NCBI GenBank assembly: GCA_009914755.4
Contig: CP068257.2
Coordinates: 9,984,001 to 10,048,000, forward strand
DNA from: the human T2T-CHM13v2.0 reference genome, Homo sapiens
DNA length: 64,000 nt
Direction: 5' to 3'
A model generated the notes under the pieces. That model searched no databases. It was not told the DNA's origin and was given only the letters and a program-made list of their open reading frames with translations. The stretch's first letter is position 1; the number at the start of each line of letters is the position of its first letter. A program made the translations under genes and the position numbers. Below, piece after piece: positions 29,101 to 40,390 of this stretch.

Positions 29101-32100
29101 ACTGCTCTATCAAAAGAAAAGTTCAACTCTGTGAGATGGATGCACACATCCCAAAGAAATTTCTCAGATTGCTTTTGTCTAGATTTCATGTGAAGATATT
29201 TCCTTTTATACCATAGGCCAGAAAGCACTCCAAATGTCCATTTGCAGATTCTACAAAAAGACAGTTTCCAAAGTGTTCAATCAAAAGAAAAGTTCAACTC
29301 TGTAAGATGAACGCACACATCACAAAGAAGTTTCTCAGATCGCTTCTGTATAGATTTTATGTGAAGATATTTCCTTTTTTACCATAGGCCACAAGGTGCT
29401 ACAAATGTCCACTTGCAGATACTACAAAAAGAGCGTTTAAAAATTGCTCAATCAAAAGAAAGGTTCAACTCTGTGAGAATAACGCACACATCACAAAGAA
29501 GTTTCTCATAATTCTTCTGTCTAGTTTTTATGTGAAGATATTTCCTTTTCCACAATAGGCGTTAAAGAGCTCCAAATGTCCACTTGCAGATTCTACAAAA
29601 AGAGACTTTAAAAACTGCTCAACCAAAACAAAGGTTAAACTCTGTGAATGAATGCACACAACACAAAGAAGTTTCTCAGATTGCTTCTGTCTAGATTTTA
29701 TGTGAAGATATTTTCTTTTCTACCATAAGTTGCAAATCTCTCCAAATTTCTACTTGTAGATTCTACAAAAAGAGTGTGTCCAAACTGCTCAATAAAAAGG
29801 AAGGTTCAACTCTGTGAGATGAATGCACACATCACAAAGAAGTTTCTCAGAATTCTTCTGTCTAGTTTTTATGTGAGGATATTTCCTTTTCCAGCATCAG
29901 CCACAAAGCGCTCCAAATGTCCACTTGCAGATTCTACAAAAAGAGAGTTTCAATACTGCTCAATCAACAGAAAGTTTTAACTCTGTAAGATGAACGCACA
30001 CATCACGAAGAAGTTTCTCAGATTGCTTTTGTCTAGATTTTATGTGAAGATATTACCTTTTCTACCATAGACCGCAAAGTGCTCCAAATGTCCATTTGCA
30101 GATTCTACAAAAACATTGATTCCAAACTGCTCTATCAAAAGAACGGTTCAAATCTGTGAGATGAACGCACACATCAACAAGCAGTTTCTCAGAATTCTTC
30201 TCTCTAGTTTTTATGTGAAGATATTTCCTTTTCCACCATAGGCCTCAAAGCGCTCCAAATGTCCACTTGCAGATTCTACAAAAAGAGAGTTTCAAAACTA
30301 TTCTATCAAAAGAAGGGTTTCAGCCTGTGAGATGAATGCACACATCACAAAGCAGTTTCTCAGATTGCTTCTGTCTAGATTTTATGTGAAGATATTTCCT
30401 TTTCTACCATAGGCCACAAAGCTTTCCAAATATCCACTTGCAGATTCTACAAAAAGAGTGTTTCCAAACTGTTCAATCAAAAGAAAGTTTCAACTCTTTG
30501 AGATGAACGCACACATCACAAAGAAGTTTCTCGGAATTCTTCTGCCTAGTTTCTATGTGAAGACATTTCCTTTACCACCATATTCCTCAAAGAGCTCCAA
30601 ATGTCCACTTGTAGATTTTAAAAAAAGAGTTTCATAAATGCTCAATCAAAAGAAAGTTTTAACTCTGTGAGATGAATGCTGACATCACAAAGAAGTTTCT
30701 CAGATTGCTTCTGTCTAGATTTTATGTTAAGATATTTCCTTTTCTACTGAAGACTGCAAAGCGCACCTAATGCCCACTTGCAGATTCTGCAAAAAGAGTG
30801 TTTCCAAACTGCTCAATGAAAAGAAAGGTTCAGCTCTGTGAGAAGAACGTACACATCACAATGTAGATTCTCAGAATTCTTTTGTCTAGTTTTTATATGA
30901 ACATATCTCGGTTTCTACCATAGGCTTCAAAGTGTTCCAAATGTCCACTTGCAGAATCTACAAAAAGAGAGATTCAAAACTGCTTAAGCAAACATACGAT
31001 TAATTTTGTGAGATGCATGCACACATCACAAAGAAGTTTCTCAGATTGCTTATGTCTACATTTAAGGTGAAGATATTTTCTTTTCTACCAGAGGAAGCAA
31101 AGCGCTTCAAATGTCCACTTGCAGATTCTACAAAAAGAGTGTTTCAAAACTGCTCAATGAAAAGAAAGGTTCAATCCTGTGAGATGAATGCACACATCAC
31201 AAAGAAGTTTCTCAGAATTCTTCTGTCTGGCTTTTATGTGAAGATATTTCCTTTTCCACCATAGGCCTCAAAACGCTCCAAATGTCCACTTGAAGATTCT
31301 ACAAAAAGAGATTTCAAAACTGCTCAAACAAAACTTTAACTCTGTGAGATGAATGCACACATCACAAAGTAGTTTCTCAGATTGTTTCTGTCTAGATTTT
31401 ATGTGAAGATATTTCCTTTTCTACCATAGTCTGCAAAGCACTCCAAATATCCACTTCCAGATTCTACAAAAAGAGTGTTTCCAAACTGCTGAGTCAAAAT
31501 AAAGGTTCAACTCTGTGGGATGTAAGCACAAATCACGAAGAAGTTTCTCAGAATTATTCTGCCTCGTTTTTGTGTGAAGATATTTCCTTTTCCACCATAG
31601 GCCTCAAAGTGCTCCAAATGTCCACTTGCAGATTGTACAAAAAGAGAGTTTCAAAACTGCTCAATCAAAAGACAGCTTTAACTCTGTGAGATGAATGCAC
31701 ACATCACAAAGAAGTTTCTCAGATTGCTTCTGCCTAGATTTTATGTGAAGATATTTCCTTTTCTACTATAGGCCATAAAGCATTCCGAAAGTCCACTTGC
31801 GGATTCTACAAAAAGAGTGTTTCCAAACTACTCAATCAAAAGAACGTTTCAACTCTGTGAGATGAAGGCACACATCACAAAGAAGTTTCTCGGAATTCTT
31901 CTGTCTAATTTTTATGTGAAGACATTTCATTCTCCACCATAGGCCTCATGGCTGTCGAAATGTCCACTTGCAGATTCTACAAAAAGAGTATTTCAAAACT
32001 GGTCCATCAAAAGAAAGTTTCAACTCTGTGAGATGAATGCACCCATCACGAAGAAGTTTCTCAGAATGTTTCCATCTAGGTTTATGTGAAGATATTTCCT

Positions 32101-33447
32101 TTTCCACCACAGGTCTCAAAGCGCTCCAAATGTCCACATGAAGATTCTACAAAAAGAGAGTTTCAAAACTGCTCAGTCAAACAAAGGGTTAACTCTGTGA
32201 GATGAATGCACACATCACAAAGAAGTTTCTCAGATTGCTTCTGTCTAGATTTTATGTGAAGGTATTTCCTTTTCTACCATAGGCCACCAAGTGCTCCAAA
32301 TGCTCACCTGCAGATTCTACAAAAACAGTGTTTCCAAACTGCTCAATCCAAAGAAAGTTTCAACTCTGTGAGATGAACATACACATCACAAAGAAGTTTC
32401 TCAGAATGCTTCTGTATAGTTTTTTATGTGAAGATATTTCCTTTTCTACCATAGGCCACAAAGCGCTCCAAATGTCCACTTGCAGATTCTACAAAAAGAG
32501 TGTTTCCAAACTGCTCAATGAAAAGAAAGGTTCAATCCTGTGAGATTAACGCACACATCACAAAGAAGTTTCTTGGAATTCTACTGTCTAGTTTTTCTGT
32601 TAAGATATTTCCTTTTCCACCATAGGCCTCAAATCGCTCCAAATGTCCACTTGCAGATTCTAGAAAAATAGACTTTCAAAACTTCTCAATGAAAAGAAAA
32701 GTTTATCTCTGTGGGATGAATGCACACATCACAAAGTAGTTTTTCAGATTGCCTCTGTCTAGATTTTGTGTGAAGATATTTGCTTTTCCACCATAGACCT
32801 CAAAGCGTTCCAAATGTCCTCTTGCAGGTGGTACAAAAATAGAGTTTCAAAACTGCTTCATCAAAACAACGGTTTAATTCTGTCAGATGAATGTACACAT
32901 CACAAAGAAGTTTCTCAGATTGCTTCTGTCTAGATTTTATGTGAAGATATTTCATTTTCTGTCATAGGCCGTAAAGCGCTCCAAATGTCCAGTTGCAGAT
33001 TCTACAAAAAGAGTCTTTCCAAACTGCTGACTCAAAAGAAAGTTTCAACTCTGTGAGATGAACGCATACATCACAAAGAAGTTTCTCAGAATTATTCTGT
33101 CTAGTTTTTATGGGAAGATATTTCCATTTCAACCATTGGCCTCAATGCGCTCCAAATGTCCACTTGCAGATTCTACAAAAAGAGAGTTTGAAAACTGCTA
33201 AATCAAAAGAAATATTGAAGTCTGTGAGATGACTGTGCATATCACAAAGAAATTTCTCAGATTACTTCTGTCTAGATTTTATGTGAATATATTCCCTTTT
33301 TTACCAAAGGCCGCAAAGCGCTCGAAATGACAATTTGCAGATTCTACAAAAAGTGTGTTTGCAAACTGCTAAATCAAAAGGAATGTTCAACTCTGTGAGA
33401 TGAACACACACATCACAAAGTTGTTTCTCAGAATATTTCTGCCTAGT

Positions 33448-34335
33448 TTATTTTTATTTATTTTTATTTTTTATTATTATACTTTAAGTTTTAGGGTACA
33501 TGTGCACATCGTTCAGGTTAGTTACATATATATACATGTGCCATGCTGGTGCGCTGCACCCACTAACTCGTCATCTAGTATTAGGTGTATCTCCCAATGC
33601 TATCCCTCCCCCCTCCCCCCACCCCACAACAGTCCCCAGAGTGTGATGTTCCCCTTCCTGTGTCCATGTGTTCTCATTGTTCAATTCCCACTTATGAGTG
33701 AGAATATGCGGTGTTTGGTTTTTTGTTCTTGTGATAGTTTACTGAGAATGATGATTTTCAATTTCATCCATGTCCCTACAAAGGACATGAACTCATCATT
33801 TTTTATGGCTGCATAGTATTCCATGGTGTATACGTGCCACATTTTCTTAATCCAGTCTATCATTGTTGGACATTTGGCTTGGTTCCAAGTCTTTGCTATT
33901 GTGAATAATGCCGCAATAAACATACGTGTGCATGTGTCTTTATAGCAGCATGATTTGTAGTCCTTTGGGCATATACCCAGTAAGGGGATGGCTGGGTCAA
34001 ATGGTATTTCCAGTTCTAGATCCCTGAGGAATTGCCACACTGACTTCCACAATGGTTGAACTAGTTTACAGTCCCACCAACAGTGTAAAAGTGTTCCTAT
34101 TTCTCCACATCCTCTCCAGCACCTGTTGTTTCCTGATTTTTTAATGATTGCCATTGTAACTGGTGTGGGATGATATCTCATTGTGGTTTTGATTTGCATT
34201 TCTCTGATGGCCAGTGATGATGAGCATTTTTTCATGTGTCTTTTGGCGCATAAATGTCTTCTTTTGAGAAGTGTCTGTTCATGTCCTTCGCCCACTTTTT
34301 GATGGGGTTGTTTGTTGTTTTCTTGTAAATTTGTT
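33448..34335 (-). mobile_element. LINE-1 (L1PA-type) 5'-truncated 3' end (~890 bp: ORF2 C-terminus + 3'UTR + A-rich tail), minus orientation
   Basis: 33483-34335 is the reverse complement of the L1 3' region (ctttaagttttagggtacatgtgcac...ccacattttcttaatccagtctatcattgttggacatttggcttggttccaag...gatggggttgtttgttgttttcttgtaaatttgtt). The T-rich stretch 33448-33482 is the reverse complement of an A-rich tail. Alpha monomer sequence resumes at 34336. About 95% identical to the L1 at 1575-1960 over the shared region (same L1PA-type 3'UTR). Confidence 0.9.
33681..34295 (-). pseudogene. L1 ORF2 C-terminal fragment (204 codons, reading frame open to native stop)
   Basis: Translation ...[185 protein letters not shown] matches the recalled C-terminus of human L1 ORF2p. 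Truncated element, not a functional gene. Confidence 0.85.
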
Positions 34336-37300
34336 ATTTGAATATATTTCCTTTTCCACCATAGACCTCAAAGCGTTACAAATGTCCACTTGCAGATCGT
34401 ACAAAGATAGTTTCAAAACTACTTCATCAAAAGAAAGGTTTAACTCTGTCAGATGAATTCTCACATCAGAAAGAATTTTCTCAGATTGCTTCTGTCTAGA
34501 TTTTATGTGAAGATATTTCCTTTTCTGCCACAGGCCACAAAGTGCTCCAAATGTCCACTTGCAGATTCAACAAAAAGAGTGTTTCCAAATGACCCAAACA
34601 AAAGAAAGTTTCAACTCTGTGAGAGGAATGCACACATCACAAAGTAGTTTCTCAGAATTTGTCTTTCTAGTTTTTATGAGAAGATAATTCCTTTTTCACC
34701 ATAGGTCTCAAAGCCTTCCAAATGTACAAATGCAGATTCGACAAAAAGAGAGTTTGAAAACTGCTCAATCAAAAGAAAGGGTTAACTCTGTGAGATGAAT
34801 ACACAAATCACAAAGAAGTTTCACAGATTGCTTCTGTCTAGATTTTATGTGAAGATATTTCCTTTTCTACCATAGACTGTAAAGTGCTCCAAATGTTCAC
34901 CTGCAGATTCTACAAAAAGAGTGTTTCCAAAATGCTCAATCCAAAGAAAGGTTCAACTCTGTGAGATGAACATACACATCACACAGAAGTTTCCCAGAAT
35001 GCTTCTATATAGTTTTTATGTGAAGATATTTCCTTTTCTACCATAGGCCACTCCGTGAGATGAATGCACACATCACAAAGAAGTGTGTCAGAATGCTTCT
35101 GTCTAGTTATTACGTAAAGATACTTCCTTTTCCACCAGACACCAAAAAGCGCTCCAAATGTCCACTTGCAGATTCTACAAAAAGAGTGTTTCAAAGCTGC
35201 TCAATCAAAAGAAAGTTCAACTCTGTGAGATGAATGCACACATCAAAAAGAAGTTTGTCAGAATGCTTCTGTCTGGTTTTTATGTGAAGATATTACCCTT
35301 TCCACCATGGGCCTCAAGGCGCTCCAAATGTCCACATCCAGATTCTACAAAAAGAGCTTTTGAAAGCTGGTCAATCAAAAGAAAGTTTCAACTCTGTGAG
35401 ATGAATGCACACATCACAAAGAAGTTTGTCACAATGCTTCTGTCTAGTTTTTATGTGAAGATTTTTCCTTTTCCACCATTGGTCTCACAGCACTCCAAAT
35501 GTCCACTTGCAGATTCTACAATAACAGTGTTTCAAAGCTGCTCAATGAAAAGTAAGGTTCAACTTTGTGAGATGAATGCACACATGATGAAGACATTTGT
35601 CAAGATGTTTCTGTCTAGTTCTCATGTGAAGATATTTCCTTTTCCACCATAGGCTTCAAATCACTCCAAACGTCCACTTGCAAATAGTACAAAAAGCGTC
35701 TTTCAAAACTCCTCAATCAAAAGTAAGATTCAATTCTGTGAGATGAATGCACACATCACAAAGAAGTTTGGTAGAATGCTTCTGTCTAGTTTTTATGTGA
35801 AGATATTTCCTTTTCCACCATAGGCCTCAAAGTGTTCCAAATGACCACTTGCAGATCCTACAAAAAGAGTGTTTCAAAGCTGCTCAATCTAAAGAAAGGT
35901 TCAACTCTGTGGGATGAATGCACACATCACAAAGAAATTTCTCACCATGCTTGTGTCTAGTTATTAAAGGAAGATATTTCGTTATCCACCATAGGAATCA
36001 AGTTGCTCCAAATGTCTACTTGCAGATTCTACAAAAAGAGTGTTTCAAAACTGCTCAATGAAAAGTAAGTTTCAACCCTGTGACATGAATGCACACATCA
36101 GAAATAAGCTTGTCGGAATGCTTCTGAGTAGTTTTTATGTGAAGATATTTCCTTTTCCACCATATGCCTCAAAGCGCCCCAAATGACCACATGAAGATTC
36201 TGCAAAAAGGGTTTCAAAACTGCTCAACGTAAAGTAAGGTTCAACTCTGTGAGATGAATGCACAAATCACAAAGAAGTTTGTCAGAATTCTTCTGTCTAG
36301 TTTTTACGTTATTTCCTTTTCCACCATAGGCCTCAACGTGCGCAAAATGTCCACTCAGATTCTACAAAAATGGTGTTTCAAAGTTGCTCAATCAAAAGAA
36401 ATGTTCAACTCTGTGAGATGAATGTACCCGTCACAAAGGAGTTTGACAGAATGCTTCTGCATAGTTTTTATGTGAAGGTATTCCTTTTCCACCATTGGCC
36501 TCAAAGCACTCCACATGTCCGCTTGCAGTTTCTACAAAAAGAGTGTTTCAAAACTGCTCAATCAAAAGAAAGGTCCAATTCTGTGAGATGAATGCACACA
36601 TCACAAAATTTTTTCAGAATGCTTCTGTCTAGTTTTTATGTGAAGATATTTCATTTTCCACCATAGGCCTCAAAGCGCTCCAAATGTCTACGTGCAGATC
36701 CTACAAAAAGAGTGTTTCAAATTGGTCATTCAAAACTAATTTTCAACTCCATAAGATGAATGCACCCATTATGACGAAGTTTGTCAGAATCTTTCTCTAT
36801 AGTTTTTATGTGAAGATATTTCCTTTTCCGCCATAGGTCTCAAAGCACTCCAAAAGTTTACTTGCAGATTCTACAAAAACAGTGTTTTTAAGCTGCTCAA
36901 ACAAAAGAAAAGTTCAACTCCGTGAGATGAATGCACACATCACAAAGAAGTTTTTCATTATGCTTATGTCTAGTTTTTATGTGAAGATATTTCCTTTTCC
37001 ATCATAGTCCTCAAAGTGCTCCAAATGTCCAGTTGCAGATTTTACAAAAAGAGTGTTTCAAAACTGCTCAATCAAAAGAAAATTTCAACTCTGTGACATG
37101 AATGCACACATCACAAAGAAATCTCTCAGAATGCTTCTGTCTAATTTTTAATTGAAGATATTTATTTTTCCACCATAGGCCTCAAAGCACTCAAATGTCC
37201 ACTTGCTGATTCTACAAAAAGAGGGTTTCCAAACTACTCAATCAAAAGAAAGGTTCAACTCTGTGAGATAAATGCACACATCACAAAGTAATTTGTCAGA

Positions 37301-37910
37301 ATGCTTCTGTCTAGTTTTTATGTGAAGATATTTCCTTCTCCACCATAGGCCTCAAAGCACTCCAAATATCCACTTCCAGATAGTACAAAAAGGGTGTTTC
37401 AAAACTGCTCAATCAAAAGCAATGTTCAACTCTCTGAGATGAATGCACACATCACAAAGAAGTACCTCAGAAAGCTTCTGTCTAGTTTTAATGTGAAGAT
37501 ATTTCCTTTTCCAACATAGGCCTCTTAGGGGCCAAATGTCCACGTGGAAATTCTACAAAGAGTGTTTCAAAACTGCTCAATCAAAAGAAAGATTCAACTC
37601 TGTGAGATGAATGATCACATCACAAAGAATTTTCTAAGAATGATCCTGTCTAGATTTTTTGTGAAGTTTTTACCTTTTCGACAATAGGCCTCAAAGCGCT
37701 CCAAGTGTACACTTGCAGATTCTACAAAAAGAGTTTTTCAAAACTGTTCAATGCAAAGGAAGTTTCAACTCCATGAGATGAATGCACACATCACAAAGGA
37801 GTTTGTCAGAATGTTTCAGAATAGTTTTTATGTGAAGATATTTCCTTTTGCACCATCGGTTGCAAAGCCCTCCAAATGTCCATTTGCAGATTCTACAGAG
37901 AGTGTTTCAA

Positions 37911-37924
37911 AACTGGTCAATCAA
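37911..37924. repeat. Target-site duplication (left copy) of AluYb insertion
   Basis: aactggtcaatcaa directly 5' of the Alu head and repeated directly 3' of the poly-A (38237-38250). The alpha monomer is seamless if the Alu and one copy are removed. Confidence 0.85.
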
Positions 37925-38238
37925 GGCCGGGCACGGTGGCTCACGCCTGTAATCCCAGCACTTTGGGAGGCCGAGGCGGGTGGATCATGAGGTCAGGAGA
38001 TCGAGACCATCCTGGCTAAAACGGTGAAACCCCGTCTCTACTAAAAATACAAAAAATTAGCCGGGCGCGGTGGCGGGTGCCTGTAGTCCCAGCTACTCGG
38101 GAGGCTGAGGCAGGAGAATGGCGTGAACCTGGGAAGCGGAGCTTGCGGTGAGCCGAGATTGCGCCACTGCAGTCCGCAGTCTGACCTGGGCGACAGAGCG
38201 AGACTCCGTCTCAAAAAAAAAAAAAAAAAAAAAAAAAC
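37925..38238 (+). mobile_element. Full-length Alu, AluYb8-like (young, human-lineage subfamily), with 26-nt poly-A tail and 14-bp TSD
   Basis: ggccgggcacggtggctcacgcctgtaatcccagcactttgggaggccgaggcgggtggatcatgaggtcaggagatcgagaccatcc...gggaagcggagcttgcggtgagccgagattgcgccactgcagtccgcagtctgacctgggcgacagagcgagactccgtctc followed by (A)26 at 38213-38238. It carries the Yb-diagnostic 7-bp duplication gcagtccgcagtc and Yb-type substitutions (gggtggatcatgagg, gggaagcggag, gcggtgagccgagattgcg). Flanking direct repeat aactggtcaatcaa at 37911-37924 and 38237-38250. Confidence 0.9.
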
Positions 38239-38574
38239 TGGTCAATCAAAAGAATGGTTCAACTCTGAGATGAATGCACACATCACAAAGAAGTTTGTCA
38301 GAATGTTTCTGTCTAGTTCCTAAGTGAAGATACTTCCTTTTCGACCATAGGCCTCATAGCGCTCCAAATATCCACTTGCAGATTCTACAGAGAGTTACCA
38401 AATTACTCAATCAAAAGAAATGTTCAACTCTGTGAAATGAGTGCACACATCTCAAAGAAATTTGTTAGAATGCTTCTGTCTAGTTTTTATGTGAAGATAT
38501 TTCCTTATCCACCATAGGCCTCAAAGCACTCCAAAAGTCCACTTGCAGATAGCACAAAAATTGTGTTTCAGAAC

Positions 38575-38576
38575 TG
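38575..38576. other. Orientation-switch junction (head-to-head) in alpha satellite
   Basis: The left side ends mid-monomer at ...gtgtttcagaactg (expected continuation ctcaatcaaaag). The right side begins ggacagaaacactctgacaaacttctttgtgatgtgtgccttcatctcacggagttgaac, the reverse-complement orientation of a different monomer position. No filler or other sequence at the junction. Confidence 0.85.
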
Positions 38577-40390
38577 GACAGAAACACTCTGACAAACTTC
38601 TTTGTGATGTGTGCCTTCATCTCACGGAGTTGAACATTTCTGTTGATTGAGCAGTTTTAAAACACTATTTTTGTAGATTCTATAAGTGTACAATTGGAGC
38701 GCTTTGAGGACTATGGTGGAAAAGGAAATATCTTCACATAAAAATTAGACAGAAGCATTCTGACAAACTGCCTTGTGATGTGTGCATTCATCTCACAGAG
38801 TTGAACATTTCTTTTGATTGAACAGCTTTGAAACACTCTTTTTGTACAATCTGCAAGTGGACATTTGGAGCACTTTGAGACCCATGGTGGAGAAGGAAAT
38901 ATCTTCACATAAAAACGAGAAAAAAGAATTCTGAGAAACTCCTTTGTGTTGAGTGTGTTAATCTCACACAGTTGAGCCTTTCTTTTTATTGAGCAGTTTG
39001 GAAACACTCTTTTGGTAGAACCTGCAAGTGGACATTTGGAACAATTTCAGGCATATGGTGAAAAAGGAAATATATTCACATAAAAACTAGACAGAAGCGT
39101 TCTGACAAACTTCTATGTGATATGTGCATTCATCTCACCGTGGTGAAACTTTGTTTTGATTGAGCAGCTTTGAAACACTCTTTTTGTAGTATATGCAAGT
39201 GGACATTTGGAGCGCTTTGAGGCCTATAGTGGATAACCAAATATATTCATATAATAACTAGACAGAAGCATTTTGAGAAACTTCTTTGTGATGTGTGAAT
39301 TCATCTCACACTGATTTGAACCTTTCTTTTGATTGATCATCTTTGAAACACTCTTTTTGTAGAATCAGCAAGTGGATATTTGGAGCGCTTTGAGGCCTAT
39401 GGTGGAAAAGGAAATATCTACACATAAAAACCAGACAGAAGCATTCTGACAAACTTCTTTGTGATGTGTGCATTCATCTCACAGAATTGAACCTTACTTT
39501 TCATTGAGCAGTTTTGAAACACTCTTTCTGTAGAATCTGCTAGTGAGCAATTGGAGGACTTTGAGTCCTATTGAGGAAAAGGAAATGTCTTCATATAAAA
39601 ACTAGAAAGAAGCCTGCTGAGAAACTTCTTTGTGATGTGCGCATTCATCTCACAGGGTTAAACCTTGCTTTTCATTGAGAAGCTTTGAAACACTCTTTTT
39701 GTAGAATCTACAAGTGGACATTTGGAGCACTATGAGGCCTATGGTGGAAAAGGAAATATCTTCACATAAAAACTAGACAGACTATTCTCACAAACTTCTT
39801 TGTGTTGTGTGCATTCATCTCACAGAGTTGAACCTTACTTTTCATTGAGAAGTTTTGAAACACTCTTTTTGTAGTATCTGCAAGTGGACATTTGGAGCGC
39901 TTTGAGGCCTATGGTGGAAAAGTAAATATCTTCAGGTAAAAAGTAGACAGATGCATTCTGAGAAACTACTTTGTGATGTGTGCATTCATCTCACAGAGTT
40001 GAACCTTTCTTTTGATTGAACAACTTTGAAACACTCTTTTTGTAGAATCTGCAAGTGGACATTTGGAGAGCTTTGAGGCCTATGGTGGAAAAGGAAAAAT
40101 CTTCACATAAAAACTAGACAGAAGCATTCTGACAAACTTCTTTGTGATGTGTGCACTCATCTCACAGAGTTGAACCTTATTTTTCATTGAGCAGTTTTGA
40201 AATACTCTCTTTGTAGAATCTGCAAGTGGACATTTCGTGCGCTTTGAGGCCTATGGTGGAAAAGGAATTATCTTCACATAAAAACTAGACAGAAGCATTC
40301 TGACAACCTTCTTTGTGATATGTGCATTCATCTCACAGAGTTGAACCTTACTTTCGATTGAGCAGTTTTGAAACACTCTCTTTGTAGAAT

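Larger units (their letters stand above)
27631..35050 (-). repeat. Alpha satellite subtype IIa (ctgtctag / aaatgtccac variant) with ~340-bp dimeric alternation; interrupted by L1 at 33448-34335
   Basis: Monomers alternate between cagattgcttctgtctagattttatgtgaag...ttttctaccatagg and cagaattcttctgtctagtttttatgtgaag...ttttccaccatagg. The subtype switch from type I occurs within the monomer at ~27600-27700 (boundary approximate). Confidence 0.75.
35051..38575 (-). repeat. Alpha satellite subtype IIb (gtttgtcagaatgcttctgtctag variant); interrupted by Alu at 37925-38238
   Basis: Begins at a truncated junction monomer at ~35050 (ccataggccac|tccgtgagatgaatgcac, ~80 bp missing). Monomers after that share aagtttgtcagaatgc and lack the dimeric ctagatttta alternation. 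Confidence 0.7.

Noticed and set aside
35158-35652. 164-aa ORF, the longest + strand ORF, and the many 60-140-aa ORFs across the window with recurring [25 protein letters not shown]-type translations
   Set aside because: They are periodic translations of ~171-bp alpha-satellite monomers. The same peptide motifs recur every monomer on both strands, with no start or stop context and no codon-usage signal. They recur exactly at +8967 because of the DNA duplication, not because of gene families.
37751-38323. ORFs 37751..37990 and 38123..38323 (contain ...[19 protein letters not shown] and ...[11 protein letters not shown])
   Set aside because: They are read-through from an alpha monomer into the AluYb element and its poly-A tail. 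The [18 protein letters not shown] peptide is the well-known Alu-derived translation.
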